Assembly: GCA_963663385.2 (NCBI GenBank)
Contig: CAXXXD010000004.1
Coordinates: 224,001 to 288,000, forward strand
Direction: 5' to 3'
Length of the DNA: 64,000 bases
DNA from: Oceanispirochaeta sp.
Lineage (GTDB): Bacteria; Spirochaetota; Spirochaetia; DSM-2461
The notes under the pieces were generated by a model, which was not told the origin of the DNA, did no database searches, and saw only the letters and a list, made by a program, of their open reading frames with translations. Of the stretch, positions 19,226-28,483 are shown piece after piece. Both the position numbers and the translations under genes were made by a program. Position 1 is the first letter of the stretch. The number at the start of each line of letters is the position of its first letter.

Positions 19226-19927
19226 ATGCTGATAATCGGCCACAGGGGAGCAATGGACCTGGCTCCTGAAAATACACTTCTTTCGATTCGCACAGCTCTT
19301 GAATCGGGAGTTCATATGGTAGAGATAGATGTCGCATTGTGCCGTTCGGGAGAATTAATGCTGATGCATGATGATGAAGTCGATAGAACGACAGATGGTA
19401 ACGGCTGCATCGCAGATCTGTCTTACCACGAGTTAAGGGCTCTGAATGCTGGAGAGGGGGAAGCTATTCCGTCTCTTCAGGAAGTGATAGATCTGATAGA
19501 CGGAAGGTGTCCGTTGAATATTGAAATTAAAGGTAAAGGGTCTTCTGACGAATTAGCAAGAATCCTTCGACGGGAAATCAATGAAAAGGGGAGAGCGAAG
19601 GAGGATTTTATCGTTTCCTCCTTTGATCATTGCGAACTTAACAGATTTACAAAGCTCTATTCCGGAATAAGAATATCCCCCATCGTCTGCTGTCACCCCC
19701 TGTCTCTGGCAAACTTAGCCGAAGAGATCGGTGCCTGGTCTCTGAATATAAAACGGGAATTTGTCAGCCGTGAGATTGTTGAAGACGCTCATAAACGAGG
19801 GATTAAGGTTCTGGTTTTTACTGTAAATCATCCCTGTGAGTTGGATAAATTAAGAGATATTGGAGTGGATGGTGTCTTTACCAATAACCGGTACCGGCTC
19901 TTGGGTTTATCGCAGCTAACCGCATAA
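19226..19927 (+). CDS. Glycerophosphodiester phosphodiesterase (UgpQ/GDPD family)
   Basis: IIGHRGA, PENT, VEIDV, MHD..VDRTT, LNIEIK, SSF, GVDGVFTN. Confidence 0.93.
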   Translation: MLIIGHRGAMDLAPENTLLSIRTALESGVHMVEIDVALCRSGELMLMHDDEVDRTTDGNGCIADLSYHELRALNAGEGEAIPSLQEVIDLIDGRCPLNIEIKGKGSSDELARILRREINEKGRAKEDFIVSSFDHCELNRFTKLYSGIRISPIVCCHPLSLANLAEEIGAWSLNIKREFVSREIVEDAHKRGIKVLVFTVNHPCELDKLRDIGVDGVFTNNRYRLLGLSQLTA

Positions 19928-19956
19928 GAATCACTCTGAATGGTAAGAAATAAAAG

Positions 19957-19995
19957 TTGACAAAATAATTGGTACAGTGTTAATGTACCAATTAT
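19957..19995 (+). promoter_or_regulatory. Promoter and 12-bp-arm operator palindrome of the glycyl-radical operon
   Basis: TTGACA 19957-19962; extended -10 TGtTAATGT 19978-19986; ATAATTGGTACA-N7-TGTACCAATTAT at 19965-19995. Confidence 0.75.
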
Positions 19996-20866
19996 GAAGG
20001 TAATCCTTTTTCAGACAGGCTGGAACTACTCTCAGGACGGTCCCGGCAACAGGCTCCTCCTCCATTTTCAGGGATGCAACTTCGACTGCCCCTGGTGCAG
20101 CAACCCTGAAGGCCGGTCCCTCAAGGGGGAGCTGTTTGTCCGTCCGGATCTTCTGGATCCGGATGTCTGCCCCCATGGCGCGGTTATGGAGTCCGGTCTG
20201 AACCGCAGCCTCTGCAGGAACTGCCGGGACAGGGAATGCCTGGGGATTTACCGAAACCAGGGTGTGTATGCCTCCGCCAGGGAGTATGAGGTGGAAGAGC
20301 TGGTTGAAATGGCTGTGCAGTCCCGGTCCCTTTTTTTCGACGGGGGGGGCGTTACCATAAGCGGGGGGGAGGCCACCCTTCAGTTTGATGCGCTTAATCG
20401 GCTCCTGCAGAGGCTGAAGGAGGAAGGCATCCATACGGCCCTTGAAACTAACGGAAGTCACCCGGAGCTTTCCGCTCTTTTTCCGTATATTGATCTTCTC
20501 ATTTTTGATCTCAAGCATTATGACTTTCCGGCAGTCCATAAGGTACTGAAAAACCGGGGAGCCCATGTCAGGAAAAATCTGGAGAACATATGCCAATCCG
20601 ATCAGCCGGTTCTGGTCAGAGTTACGGTTATCCCCGGATTCAACAGTTCCTTTGAAGATATGGAAAAGTTTGCCGATCTTTTTTCCTCCCAGAGATGGAA
20701 AGACAATTTCAGACTGGAACTCCTCTATTATCACGATTTCGGAAAGGTGAAATGGGATGCCATCGGTCAGGAGTACAAAGGTCCGGATGAATCTGTTTCG
20801 GAAGAGGATAAGGCGGTATACCGCAGAATATTCAAAGAGAGGAATCTCGATCTGATAGAGACATAG
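19994..20866 (+). CDS. Glycyl-radical enzyme activating enzyme (radical SAM)
   Basis: QDGPGNR, GCNFDCPWCSNPE (CX3CX2C), Cys-rich ferredoxin-like insert, GGVTISGGE, HTALETNG, FDLK. Confidence 0.93.
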   Translation: MKVILFQTGWNYSQDGPGNRLLLHFQGCNFDCPWCSNPEGRSLKGELFVRPDLLDPDVCPHGAVMESGLNRSLCRNCRDRECLGIYRNQGVYASAREYEVEELVEMAVQSRSLFFDGGGVTISGGEATLQFDALNRLLQRLKEEGIHTALETNGSHPELSALFPYIDLLIFDLKHYDFPAVHKVLKNRGAHVRKNLENICQSDQPVLVRVTVIPGFNSSFEDMEKFADLFSSQRWKDNFRLELLYYHDFGKVKWDAIGQEYKGPDESVSEEDKAVYRRIFKERNLDLIET

Positions 20867-20882
20867 AACAGGGAGACGAATC

Positions 20883-23270
20883 ATGAATTGGCAGGATGTC
20901 TATAAAAAGGGAGAAAGGGCGTCGGAGTTGGCGGATGCCTGTTTTCAGGAACAAAAGAGAACCCATATCCTGAACGGGTGGTTCAGGGTTCTGGAAATCC
21001 ATAAAGATGCCGCTCCGCACTTTCCGGAAGGTGCCTCACTGGAGACGCAGGCGGCCCTCAGGCTGAAAGCGGTTGTTGAAAATCTACCTCTGTCCATCAG
21101 TGACAGTGCTGTCTTTGCGGGAACCCAGAATGACGCCTTTTCGAGCAGTTATGCCCTGATTCATCCTTCCTTTAAAGTGGAGGAATTCAAGGGGTATTGT
21201 GATCCCCTGGCGGTCTTCAATGACCTGGGCCCCGAAGAGGGGATGACCTGTGAAAGGATTGATGCGGTTAAAGGGTACTACGCCCGGACGGATTATGTAA
21301 AAGAACTGAATGCTTCCTATGCTAACTGCCGGGAACAGACAGAAGAAGCCCTTTTCTTTGTAGAACAGGTAACCGGTCATCTGATACCCGATTTTTCACA
21401 GCTGATCAAACTGGGAACGGAGGGTGTAAAAAAACGGCTTTTTGAAAAGGAAGCGGAGGAGCTGTCGTCAGCAAAGAAAGACAGTCTTCGGGCTATGATC
21501 AGTTCTCTGGACTCGCTTGATACACTTGCCCGCCGCTACAGGGATATAGCCCGGCTGCATCTGGAAGGAGAGAGTGATCCGCAGAGGCGGAATGAGTGGG
21601 CCCTTATGGTTCAGACACTGGAGGGGGCCCCCCTGACCGGGGCAAAGACCCTCTACGAAGCCATACAGGTATTTATCCTCTGCTGGCAGGTGATGTGTCT
21701 GGAGCAGTGTCCCAATCCCTATGCTTTTTCCGCCGGGAATGTGGACCGCCTTTTCGAACCCTACCGGGCAGCGGATAAAGCGGACAGAGAGTCTTCCGCC
21801 GGGTTGTTCCAGGCTTTGCTGGCGTTTTTCAATGTGGGCGACCGCAGCTGGGCCATCTCCCAGAATCTGCTTCTAAGCGGCCGGGACGTTGCTGGAAAAG
21901 ATCTGACAAATCCTGCAAGCTATGCCATCCTGGATGCCTTTTACAAAGGGCGTTACCCTCAGCCTATTCTATCCATACGACTGCATAAGAACAGTCCGGA
22001 AGGGTTGTATCGTTCTACGGGCCGGTTTTTCTTTACCCCCGGGCAGCTGACGCCCTCCCTTTTTAACGACGATTCCCTGATCCCCCTGCTGGTGGAGCAG
22101 GGGGTCTCTCCCGATGATGTGGAAAACTACGCCATCGCTGGCTGTCAGGAACCCCTTATCGCCGGTAAGGATAACGGAAATACCACCAATAGCTGGCTTA
22201 ATCTGGCAAAGGTTCTTGAGATAACCCTGAATGAGGGACGTTCCTCCATTACAGGCCGGAAGTTAGGGGTGTCGCCCTCTGAACTGCTGGGGCAGGAACT
22301 TTCGGCAAAAGAGCTGCTTCTGAGAATCCGGGAGGTCTACTATAAACAGCTGGATGCCGCATTAGCCCTTATGACCGAGGCGGGAGATAGCTGTTCCCGG
22401 GCGCTTTCCAATCTGAGAGTGCCCTTCCTCTCCTGCTCCATGGGCGGTATGGAATCCGGGGTTGATCTGAGGAACGACAGAGAGCAGGGAACCCGTTACA
22501 ACGGCAGCGGCTGTCTGATACACGGCCTTTCTGTTCTGGCTGATTCCTTTCAGTCCCTCTCTGATTTTGCGGACAGTAAAAGTGAAGAAGAGTGCCGTCA
22601 TCTGCTGCAGGCTCTTAAGAGTGATTACAGGGATGATGAAGTCCTCCGGCAGTATCTTGCGAGCAGTCCCAAATTCGGAAACAATATTTCCTCTGTCGAC
22701 GGAGAGGCGGTAGAGATTGTTGCCCGTGTCTCCGATAGGGTAAGGGAGAAGAAGAACTACCTGGGCAATCCTTTCCGGCCGGACTGGAGCTCCCCCTCCA
22801 CCCATCTGCTCTACGGGTACTGGACCGGAGCCACTCCCGACGGCCGCCGGGCCCGTACCATGCTGGGATACGGGGTTGACCCCCTATACGGTGAGGCGGC
22901 AGCCGGTATGAATTCGCGGCTCCTTTCCCTTAAAAAACTGCCCTATGAAAAGATGAACGGGGGCTGTGCCTGTCACCTCGGAATCAATCCGGCCTGTTTC
23001 CCCGAGGAAACCCTTGAAGATAAAGGCGCGGCTTTCAGGGGGAAGGTTCTGGATCCTCTCTTTAACCTTTCCGGAGACGGCGGAAAGATAGGTCCCTTCT
23101 ATCTCTATGTAAATGTTACGACAGCCGGGACTCTGCGTAAGGTACTGGAGAAGCCGGAAAAATATGCTCCTTCGGGAGTTTATATTATGAGAATCCACGG
23201 GACTTTTGTGAATTTCCTGGATCTCTCCCCCTCTATTCAGGAGGATATTATCCTTCGTCTGGATAACTGA
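20883..23270 (+). CDS. Glycyl-radical enzyme (PFL superfamily) of unknown reaction
   Basis: 795 aa; Cys loop AIAGCQEP, NLAKVLE, PKFGN, GATPDGR; C-terminal LRKVLEKPEKY..MRIHGTFVNF..LS..IQEDII. Adjacent to an activase. Confidence 0.88.
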   Translation: MNWQDVYKKGERASELADACFQEQKRTHILNGWFRVLEIHKDAAPHFPEGASLETQAALRLKAVVENLPLSISDSAVFAGTQNDAFSSSYALIHPSFKVEEFKGYCDPLAVFNDLGPEEGMTCERIDAVKGYYARTDYVKELNASYANCREQTEEALFFVEQVTGHLIPDFSQLIKLGTEGVKKRLFEKEAEELSSAKKDSLRAMISSLDSLDTLARRYRDIARLHLEGESDPQRRNEWALMVQTLEGAPLTGAKTLYEAIQVFILCWQVMCLEQCPNPYAFSAGNVDRLFEPYRAADKADRESSAGLFQALLAFFNVGDRSWAISQNLLLSGRDVAGKDLTNPASYAILDAFYKGRYPQPILSIRLHKNSPEGLYRSTGRFFFTPGQLTPSLFNDDSLIPLLVEQGVSPDDVENYAIAGCQEPLIAGKDNGNTTNSWLNLAKVLEITLNEGRSSITGRKLGVSPSELLGQELSAKELLLRIREVYYKQLDAALALMTEAGDSCSRALSNLRVPFLSCSMGGMESGVDLRNDREQGTRYNGSGCLIHGLSVLADSFQSLSDFADSKSEEECRHLLQALKSDYRDDEVLRQYLASSPKFGNNISSVDGEAVEIVARVSDRVREKKNYLGNPFRPDWSSPSTHLLYGYWTGATPDGRRARTMLGYGVDPLYGEAAAGMNSRLLSLKKLPYEKMNGGCACHLGINPACFPEETLEDKGAAFRGKVLDPLFNLSGDGGKIGPFYLYVNVTTAGTLRKVLEKPEKYAPSGVYIMRIHGTFVNFLDLSPSIQEDIILRLDN

Positions 23271-23273
23271 GAT

Positions 23274-24314
23274 ATGGATAAAAATACGCTCTACCAGACA
23301 ATCCGGCTGGATTTTTTTAAAAAAGTCTACGCCGGAGAAATCCGGCCGCATCAGCCCCTGCCCGCCGAAAGAAAGCAGGCGGAAGAGCTCTCTGTCAGCC
23401 GGGGGACCATCCGTAAGGCCCGTCAGATCCTGGCCGAGGAGGGTTATATTGCCAATACCCAGGGAAGTGCCGCTGTCTATACGCCGCTTGCGAAGGGTCC
23501 ATCGGGAAAGCCGGAGATTGTGGCGGTGGTTGTTCCGGTGCATAACCCTTTTTTCATGTCCTACTACAGGGCATTCGAGAAAGAAGCGGAAGAGGCGGAT
23601 GTCCTGGTGATGATCAAGCAGCTGGACAGCCGAAATGCGGGTCAGCTCAAGAAGGTCCTGTTCTCCTTTTTTATAAAAGGGATACGGGATGTGGTGTTCT
23701 GGCCCTACGATACGGTCCTGGATTATCCGTATATAGAGCGGCTCAGCGGTCTGGGGATGAACTTCATATTCTTTGATAATGTTCATGATTTCCCCTGCTG
23801 CGACTATATCAGTGTGGATAACCGGGATGGGATTTCCCTTCTGTACAAATCCTTACAGGATAAGGGGTGCGGTCGTATAGCCTATATGGGGTGGGATAAT
23901 CCGCATCTCACCAGCAACTCAGAGCGGGAAGCTGCTTTCCGTCAGGAAAAATCCGAAGGGGACCGGGTTATCCGTATACCCTGGAATCAGGAAGATTTAA
24001 GCTTTGATCTGCTGGAAAGCGTTCTGAATCTGCCGGATCTAAGGGGAGAACGGAAAATCGACGGTTTCCTCTGCGGTAACGGACTGATCGGTGTGGTTTT
24101 AAAACGGTATCTGAATAATAACGGCTTTTCCGGTATCCCTTTGGTCTCCATTGATAATTTTGAAGAATCAGAAGATCTAGGATTTACCGTATACGAACAG
24201 CCCTTTGAAATGATGGGACGGAAAACCTTTCATCTTCTGGAAAAACGACACAGGGATGAGAAAGGGAACAGCCCGGAGAAACTTTATATAAAAGGCAGGT
24301 TGATTGAGAGATGA
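23274..24314 (+). CDS. GntR-HTH / LacI-type sugar-binding regulator (AraR-like architecture)
   Basis: LPAER..AEELSVSRGTIRKA HTH; HNPFF, ISVDNRDG, EREAAF, TVYEQP. Confidence 0.9.
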   Translation: MDKNTLYQTIRLDFFKKVYAGEIRPHQPLPAERKQAEELSVSRGTIRKARQILAEEGYIANTQGSAAVYTPLAKGPSGKPEIVAVVVPVHNPFFMSYYRAFEKEAEEADVLVMIKQLDSRNAGQLKKVLFSFFIKGIRDVVFWPYDTVLDYPYIERLSGLGMNFIFFDNVHDFPCCDYISVDNRDGISLLYKSLQDKGCGRIAYMGWDNPHLTSNSEREAAFRQEKSEGDRVIRIPWNQEDLSFDLLESVLNLPDLRGERKIDGFLCGNGLIGVVLKRYLNNNGFSGIPLVSIDNFEESEDLGFTVYEQPFEMMGRKTFHLLEKRHRDEKGNSPEKLYIKGRLIER

Positions 24315-25663
24315 ATTTAATCGGATTGGATATCGGTACTACCACTATAGGCGGCGTCCTGTACTCTCTGAAAGAGAGGAAGACCCTTAAAACTTTGGTG
24401 TGGGACAACCTTTTTACAGACAGCGCCCCGGGGGAATATACTCAGGACCCGCTTGCTGTTCTGGACAGTGTAAAAGCCATTCTGGATGAACTGATAGACG
24501 CCTCTTCCGATACGGTTGGAGGCTGTTCTCTCAGCGCTCAGATGCACGGGATCCTCTATGTAGACGGAACGGGCCAGCCGGTGTCTCCCTTCTATACCTG
24601 GCAGAACCAGAGAGGCCGGAGACTCCACGAGGGGCAGTCCCTTGAATCGTTTCTATCGTATAAACTGGGCTATCCTGTTCATACCGGCTACGGGATTGTA
24701 ACCCACTATTCATTGATGCTGGATAACAGCATCCCCGCTTCAGCCGTTAAATTCTGCAATATCGGCGATTTTGTCTGTATGCGTCTGGCCGGGAAAACGG
24801 AACCAGTAACGGATATTACCCTTGGCGCCAGTCTGGGGATTGCGGATATCAGCACCGGCAGGCTGTCAGAAAGTCTCAGAAACCTGGATTTCGCGGAAGA
24901 TGACAGGATTCCCCGGATTGTTTCGTCAACGGAAAAGCTGGGAGAATACCGGGGGGTTCCCGTTATTCAGCCTCTGGGGGATAATCAGGCCAGCTTTCTG
25001 GGATCCGTAAAGGATAAGGAGAACAGCCTGCTCCTCAACTACGGTACAGCCGGACAGATCTCATTTTTCAGGAATACTTTTGCCTCCTACGCCGGATTCG
25101 AGACCAGACCCCTTGGGAATGAAGGATACCTTTATGCGGCTTTTTCTCTCTGCGGGGGGAAATCCTATATGGTTCTGGCTGATTTCTTTAAAGCCGCGGT
25201 CAGGCTTTTTTCTCCTTCTGAAGAGGGTAACGTTCTTGAGGTTATGGACAGTCTGGAACTGGACTTTTCTGAGGATGCGATTGAGTGTCTGCCTCTTTTT
25301 CTGGGAGAAAGGGGAGGCCGGGATGAGTTTGCTTCTTTCAGTAATATTACCGACAGGAACTTTTCTCCTGAAAATATGGTTAAGGCCCTGGTTCAGGGGA
25401 TGGTGGATGAACTGCGCCGCTACTACTGCGATCTGCCTGATTCTGTCAGAACGGGGCTTGAGACCCTGGTGGGCGCCGGTAACGGAATCAGAAAAAACCT
25501 GCATCTGCAGAAAGCGGCAGAGCAGCGCTACGGAAAACCTGTCAAGATACTGGATTTGAGTGAAGAAAGCTGTCTGGGGGCCGTGATCAATGCCGGAAAG
25601 GGTGTGGGGATATTTCGCAATTACAGGGAAGGAGCTCTGAATATCGTCAGATATCGTTCGTAA
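24311..25663 (+). CDS. FGGY family kinase, sedoheptulokinase-like
   Basis: IGLDIGTTT, QMHG, YTWQ, TGYGIVT, LGDNQASFLG, LNYGTAGQIS, LCGGKSY, GNGIRKN. Confidence 0.85.
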   Translation: MNLIGLDIGTTTIGGVLYSLKERKTLKTLVWDNLFTDSAPGEYTQDPLAVLDSVKAILDELIDASSDTVGGCSLSAQMHGILYVDGTGQPVSPFYTWQNQRGRRLHEGQSLESFLSYKLGYPVHTGYGIVTHYSLMLDNSIPASAVKFCNIGDFVCMRLAGKTEPVTDITLGASLGIADISTGRLSESLRNLDFAEDDRIPRIVSSTEKLGEYRGVPVIQPLGDNQASFLGSVKDKENSLLLNYGTAGQISFFRNTFASYAGFETRPLGNEGYLYAAFSLCGGKSYMVLADFFKAAVRLFSPSEEGNVLEVMDSLELDFSEDAIECLPLFLGERGGRDEFASFSNITDRNFSPENMVKALVQGMVDELRRYYCDLPDSVRTGLETLVGAGNGIRKNLHLQKAAEQRYGKPVKILDLSEESCLGAVINAGKGVGIFRNYREGALNIVRYRS

Positions 25664-25728
25664 AAAGACCCGAGTATCCGGGGTGCGTACCCTTACTTTT
25701 TCTGAATTGATTATGCTAGAGTGGGGGC

Positions 25729-26226
25729 ATGTTAGAAACGAATGGATATGAACCCGATATTGCAAAGGGAGAGCCTTTTGTATTCAGCCTTAAATCAGAA
25801 CAGTATAAAGCCCGGTATGTCTGCGTCCCGGGTTGTGTCTGCGATAATCCCGTCTGTTCCTGCCGGGATATCGGCATGGCCATCTATGACTACCCGGAAC
25901 AGGGACAGGATCTGACAGATACACCGGTTTATGCCTTTGTGCTGGACCTTGGAAACAGAAGCCTCCAGGCTGATTACAACTGCAGCCGGGAAAGCCGCGC
26001 CTTTGGCGCATTCTTTCTGGATCATGTGACCCGGGAACACTGGGCGCTTTATGAAAAGGCATTCGTCTATCTGAAAAACAGGGCCATGCAGCAGAAGAAG
26101 ATTCTGAAGGGAACAGCAGAGAATATTGCCGGACAGATCCTTCCTGTGAGTCCCGGAAATACAGGAAGGAATGAACCCTGCCCCTGCGGCAGCGGAAAAA
26201 AGTATAAAAACTGCTGCGGGAAATAA
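25729..26226 (+). CDS. SEC-C motif-containing protein
   Basis: C-terminal GRNEPCPCGSGKKYKNCCG; N-terminal CDNPVCSC cluster. Confidence 0.85.
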   Translation: MLETNGYEPDIAKGEPFVFSLKSEQYKARYVCVPGCVCDNPVCSCRDIGMAIYDYPEQGQDLTDTPVYAFVLDLGNRSLQADYNCSRESRAFGAFFLDHVTREHWALYEKAFVYLKNRAMQQKKILKGTAENIAGQILPVSPGNTGRNEPCPCGSGKKYKNCCGK

Positions 26227-26252
26227 TCCCCGGTTCCGGGCCCGGCCCGGGT

Positions 26253-26681
26253 TTACAGTTCTTTTTTCAGAGCTTCAGTAAGGGTTTTATATTCCTCTTC
26301 ATCCAGGTATACCTTTTCTTCGGGCATCATATCAAAGATTGCACCCCACTTGGCGCCGTCTTCATATTTAGGAACCAGATGAAAATGGATATGAGGTCCT
26401 TTATCGCCAAAGGAGGCGTAGTTCAGTTTGTCCGGATTGAAAACCTTCTGAATCGCTCCCGATGCAAGGGCCAGATCATCCATCAGATCTGTTCTCTCCT
26501 GTCGGGTCAGTTCAAACAGTTCGCCCTTGTGTCCTTTGTTGAAGGCTACGATACAGCGGCCGGGATGGGTCTGTTCCCTGAAAAAGTAAAAGGTTGAAAC
26601 CTTCAGTTCCGCAATTTCAATCATCAGATCCGATACTCTGCTGTCTCTGGTGCAGTACATACAGTTCTTGTCAATATTCAT
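26253..26681 (-). CDS. HIT family protein
   Basis: CMYC, PDKLNY, histidine triad PHIHFHLVP; AAGGAG RBS. Confidence 0.9.
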   Translation of the reverse strand: MNIDKNCMYCTRDSRVSDLMIEIAELKVSTFYFFREQTHPGRCIVAFNKGHKGELFELTRQERTDLMDDLALASGAIQKVFNPDKLNYASFGDKGPHIHFHLVPKYEDGAKWGAIFDMMPEEKVYLDEEEYKTLTEALKKEL

Positions 26682-26765
26682 ATGGCACTCCTTTAGTTAG
26701 GAAAATCAGATTATCATACAATACATAATAATAGAAGACTTTCTATTTTAAAAAAATGAAATTCT

Positions 26766-26801
26766 AAAAAACCCCGGCAGATAATCCAGCCGGGGTTTTT
26801 T
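26766..26801 (-). terminator. Intrinsic terminator downstream of tRNA-Ser
   Basis: AAAAAACCCCGGC...GCCGGGGTTTTTT inverted repeat. Confidence 0.8.
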
Positions 26802-26803
26802 AT

Positions 26804-26890
26804 CGGAGAAGGAGGGATTCGAACCCTCGGTACTGCAGGCAGTACAACTGATTTCGAGTCAGTCCCGTTCGACCGCTCCGGCACCTCTCC
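26804..26890 (-). tRNA. tRNA-Ser(CGA)
   Basis: Reverse complement GGAGAGGTGCCGGAGCGGTCGAACGGG..ACTGA-CT-CGA-AA-TCAGT, long variable arm, GGTTCGAATCC; no encoded CCA. Confidence 0.97.
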
Positions 26891-27056
26891 ATTTTGCCTT
26901 TGAATTCTACAGGGAAAATCCGGTATTGGCAATCCTTATTTCAATCGGGGACCCTGCCGGATTGATTTGATCAATTGGTCAATTCCCTCAGCCGAATTCT
27001 AGACCAACCCTCTTCTCAATGTTAAGATGCACTCTGTTAATACAGAGGAGAAGCAA

Positions 27057-28439
27057 TTGAGTTTAAATACACAGAGAGAACAGCTGGGGAGCCGGCTGGG
27101 ATTCCTTTTAATATCGGCAGGATGCGCCATCGGTTTGGGTAATGTCTGGCGTTTTCCCTATATGACAGGTCAGTACGGGGGCGCTGCCTTTGTACTGATC
27201 TACCTTGTCTTTCTGGTTATTCTGGGTATGCCCGTAATCGTGATGGAATTTGCAATAGGGCGGAAAGGCAGGCAGAATATAGCCGGCTCTTTAAAGGCTC
27301 TGGAACCGGAAGGGAGCAAGTGGCACCTCTACGGGTATTTTGCCATCCTGGGCAATATCATCCTGATGATGTTCTACACAACTGTTGCCGGCTGGATGCT
27401 GGCCTATCTGTTTCATATAATCAAGGGTGATCTCTCGGGGCTGACTCCTGATCAGGTCGGAGCCTTTTTCGGGGGACAGCTGTCCAGTCCCTCAGGCTTA
27501 ATCGGCTGGATGGCTCTTGCTGTTGTTCTGGGATTCGGAACCTGTTCTCTGGGGCTGCAGAAAGGTGTGGAAAGCGTTACAAAAATCATGATGTCATCCC
27601 TTTTTATCATCCTTCTGGTTCTGGTCGTTAAATCTGTTACCCTGCCGGGAGCCGGGAAAGGGGTGGAGTTCTTTCTTAAACCGGATATGAACAAACTGGT
27701 GGAAACCGGAATCTGGGGCACCGTATATGCCGCTATGGGACAGGCTTTCTTTACCCTGAGTCTGGGAATCGGAAGTATGGCTATTTTCGGCAGCTATATA
27801 GGCAAGGAACGCTCCCTGACAGGAGAGTCCCTCAATATTATCGGATTGGATACGCTGGTTGCCATCCTGTCCGGTCTGATTATCTTTCCGGCCTGTTTTG
27901 CCTTCGGGGTGGATGCAGGTGCCGGACCGGGGCTGATCTTTGTCACCCTCCCGAATATTTTCAACAGTATGGCCGGCGGCCGGGTCTGGGGGGCCCTGTT
28001 CTTCCTCTTTCTGAGCTTTGCCGCCATGTCAACGGTTATTGCCGTCTTTGAAAATATCATGGCCTTTACCATGGATCAGTGGGGATGGAGCCGGAAAAAG
28101 GCCGCCATAGTAAACGGAGTGCTGATCTTTCTCCTTTCCGTACCCTGCGCCCTTGGTTTCAACCTCTGGAGCGCTGTACAGCCTCTGGGAGAGGGGTCGG
28201 GTATTATTGATCTGGAAGATTTTATCGTTGGAAACAACCTGCTTCCCCTGGGATCCCTGCTTTTCGCCCTTTTCTGCAGCTATAAAATCGGCTGGGGCTG
28301 GGAGGGCTTTGTAAAAGAAGCCAACGAAGGGGAGGGACTGCGTTTTCCCGTTCAGATCAGGTTCTATGTCCGCTATATCCTTCCTGTGATTATCCTTGTT
28401 GTATTTATCGGCGGTTATATGGAGAAATTCGGGGGGTGA
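27057..28439 (+). CDS. Sodium-dependent transporter, SNF/NSS (LeuT-like) family
   Basis: AGCAIGLGNVWRFPY, YGGAAF, QAFFTLSLG, GPGLIFVTLP. TTG start after GAGGAG. Confidence 0.95.
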   Translation: MSLNTQREQLGSRLGFLLISAGCAIGLGNVWRFPYMTGQYGGAAFVLIYLVFLVILGMPVIVMEFAIGRKGRQNIAGSLKALEPEGSKWHLYGYFAILGNIILMMFYTTVAGWMLAYLFHIIKGDLSGLTPDQVGAFFGGQLSSPSGLIGWMALAVVLGFGTCSLGLQKGVESVTKIMMSSLFIILLVLVVKSVTLPGAGKGVEFFLKPDMNKLVETGIWGTVYAAMGQAFFTLSLGIGSMAIFGSYIGKERSLTGESLNIIGLDTLVAILSGLIIFPACFAFGVDAGAGPGLIFVTLPNIFNSMAGGRVWGALFFLFLSFAAMSTVIAVFENIMAFTMDQWGWSRKKAAIVNGVLIFLLSVPCALGFNLWSAVQPLGEGSGIIDLEDFIVGNNLLPLGSLLFALFCSYKIGWGWEGFVKEANEGEGLRFPVQIRFYVRYILPVIILVVFIGGYMEKFGG

Positions 28440-28483
28440 TTATCTCCCAGCCATACCTTTCCTCATGAGGGTATGGCATTCTA

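Noticed and set aside
20883..23270. Calling the GRE pyruvate formate-lyase
   Set aside because: It lacks the adjacent Cys-Cys pair and the RVSGY motif of PFL.
19931..23786. Long minus-strand ORFs (317 aa at 19931-20884, 300 aa at 22884-23786)
   Set aside because: They lie antisense to well-supported activase, GRE and regulator genes and have no recognisable motifs.
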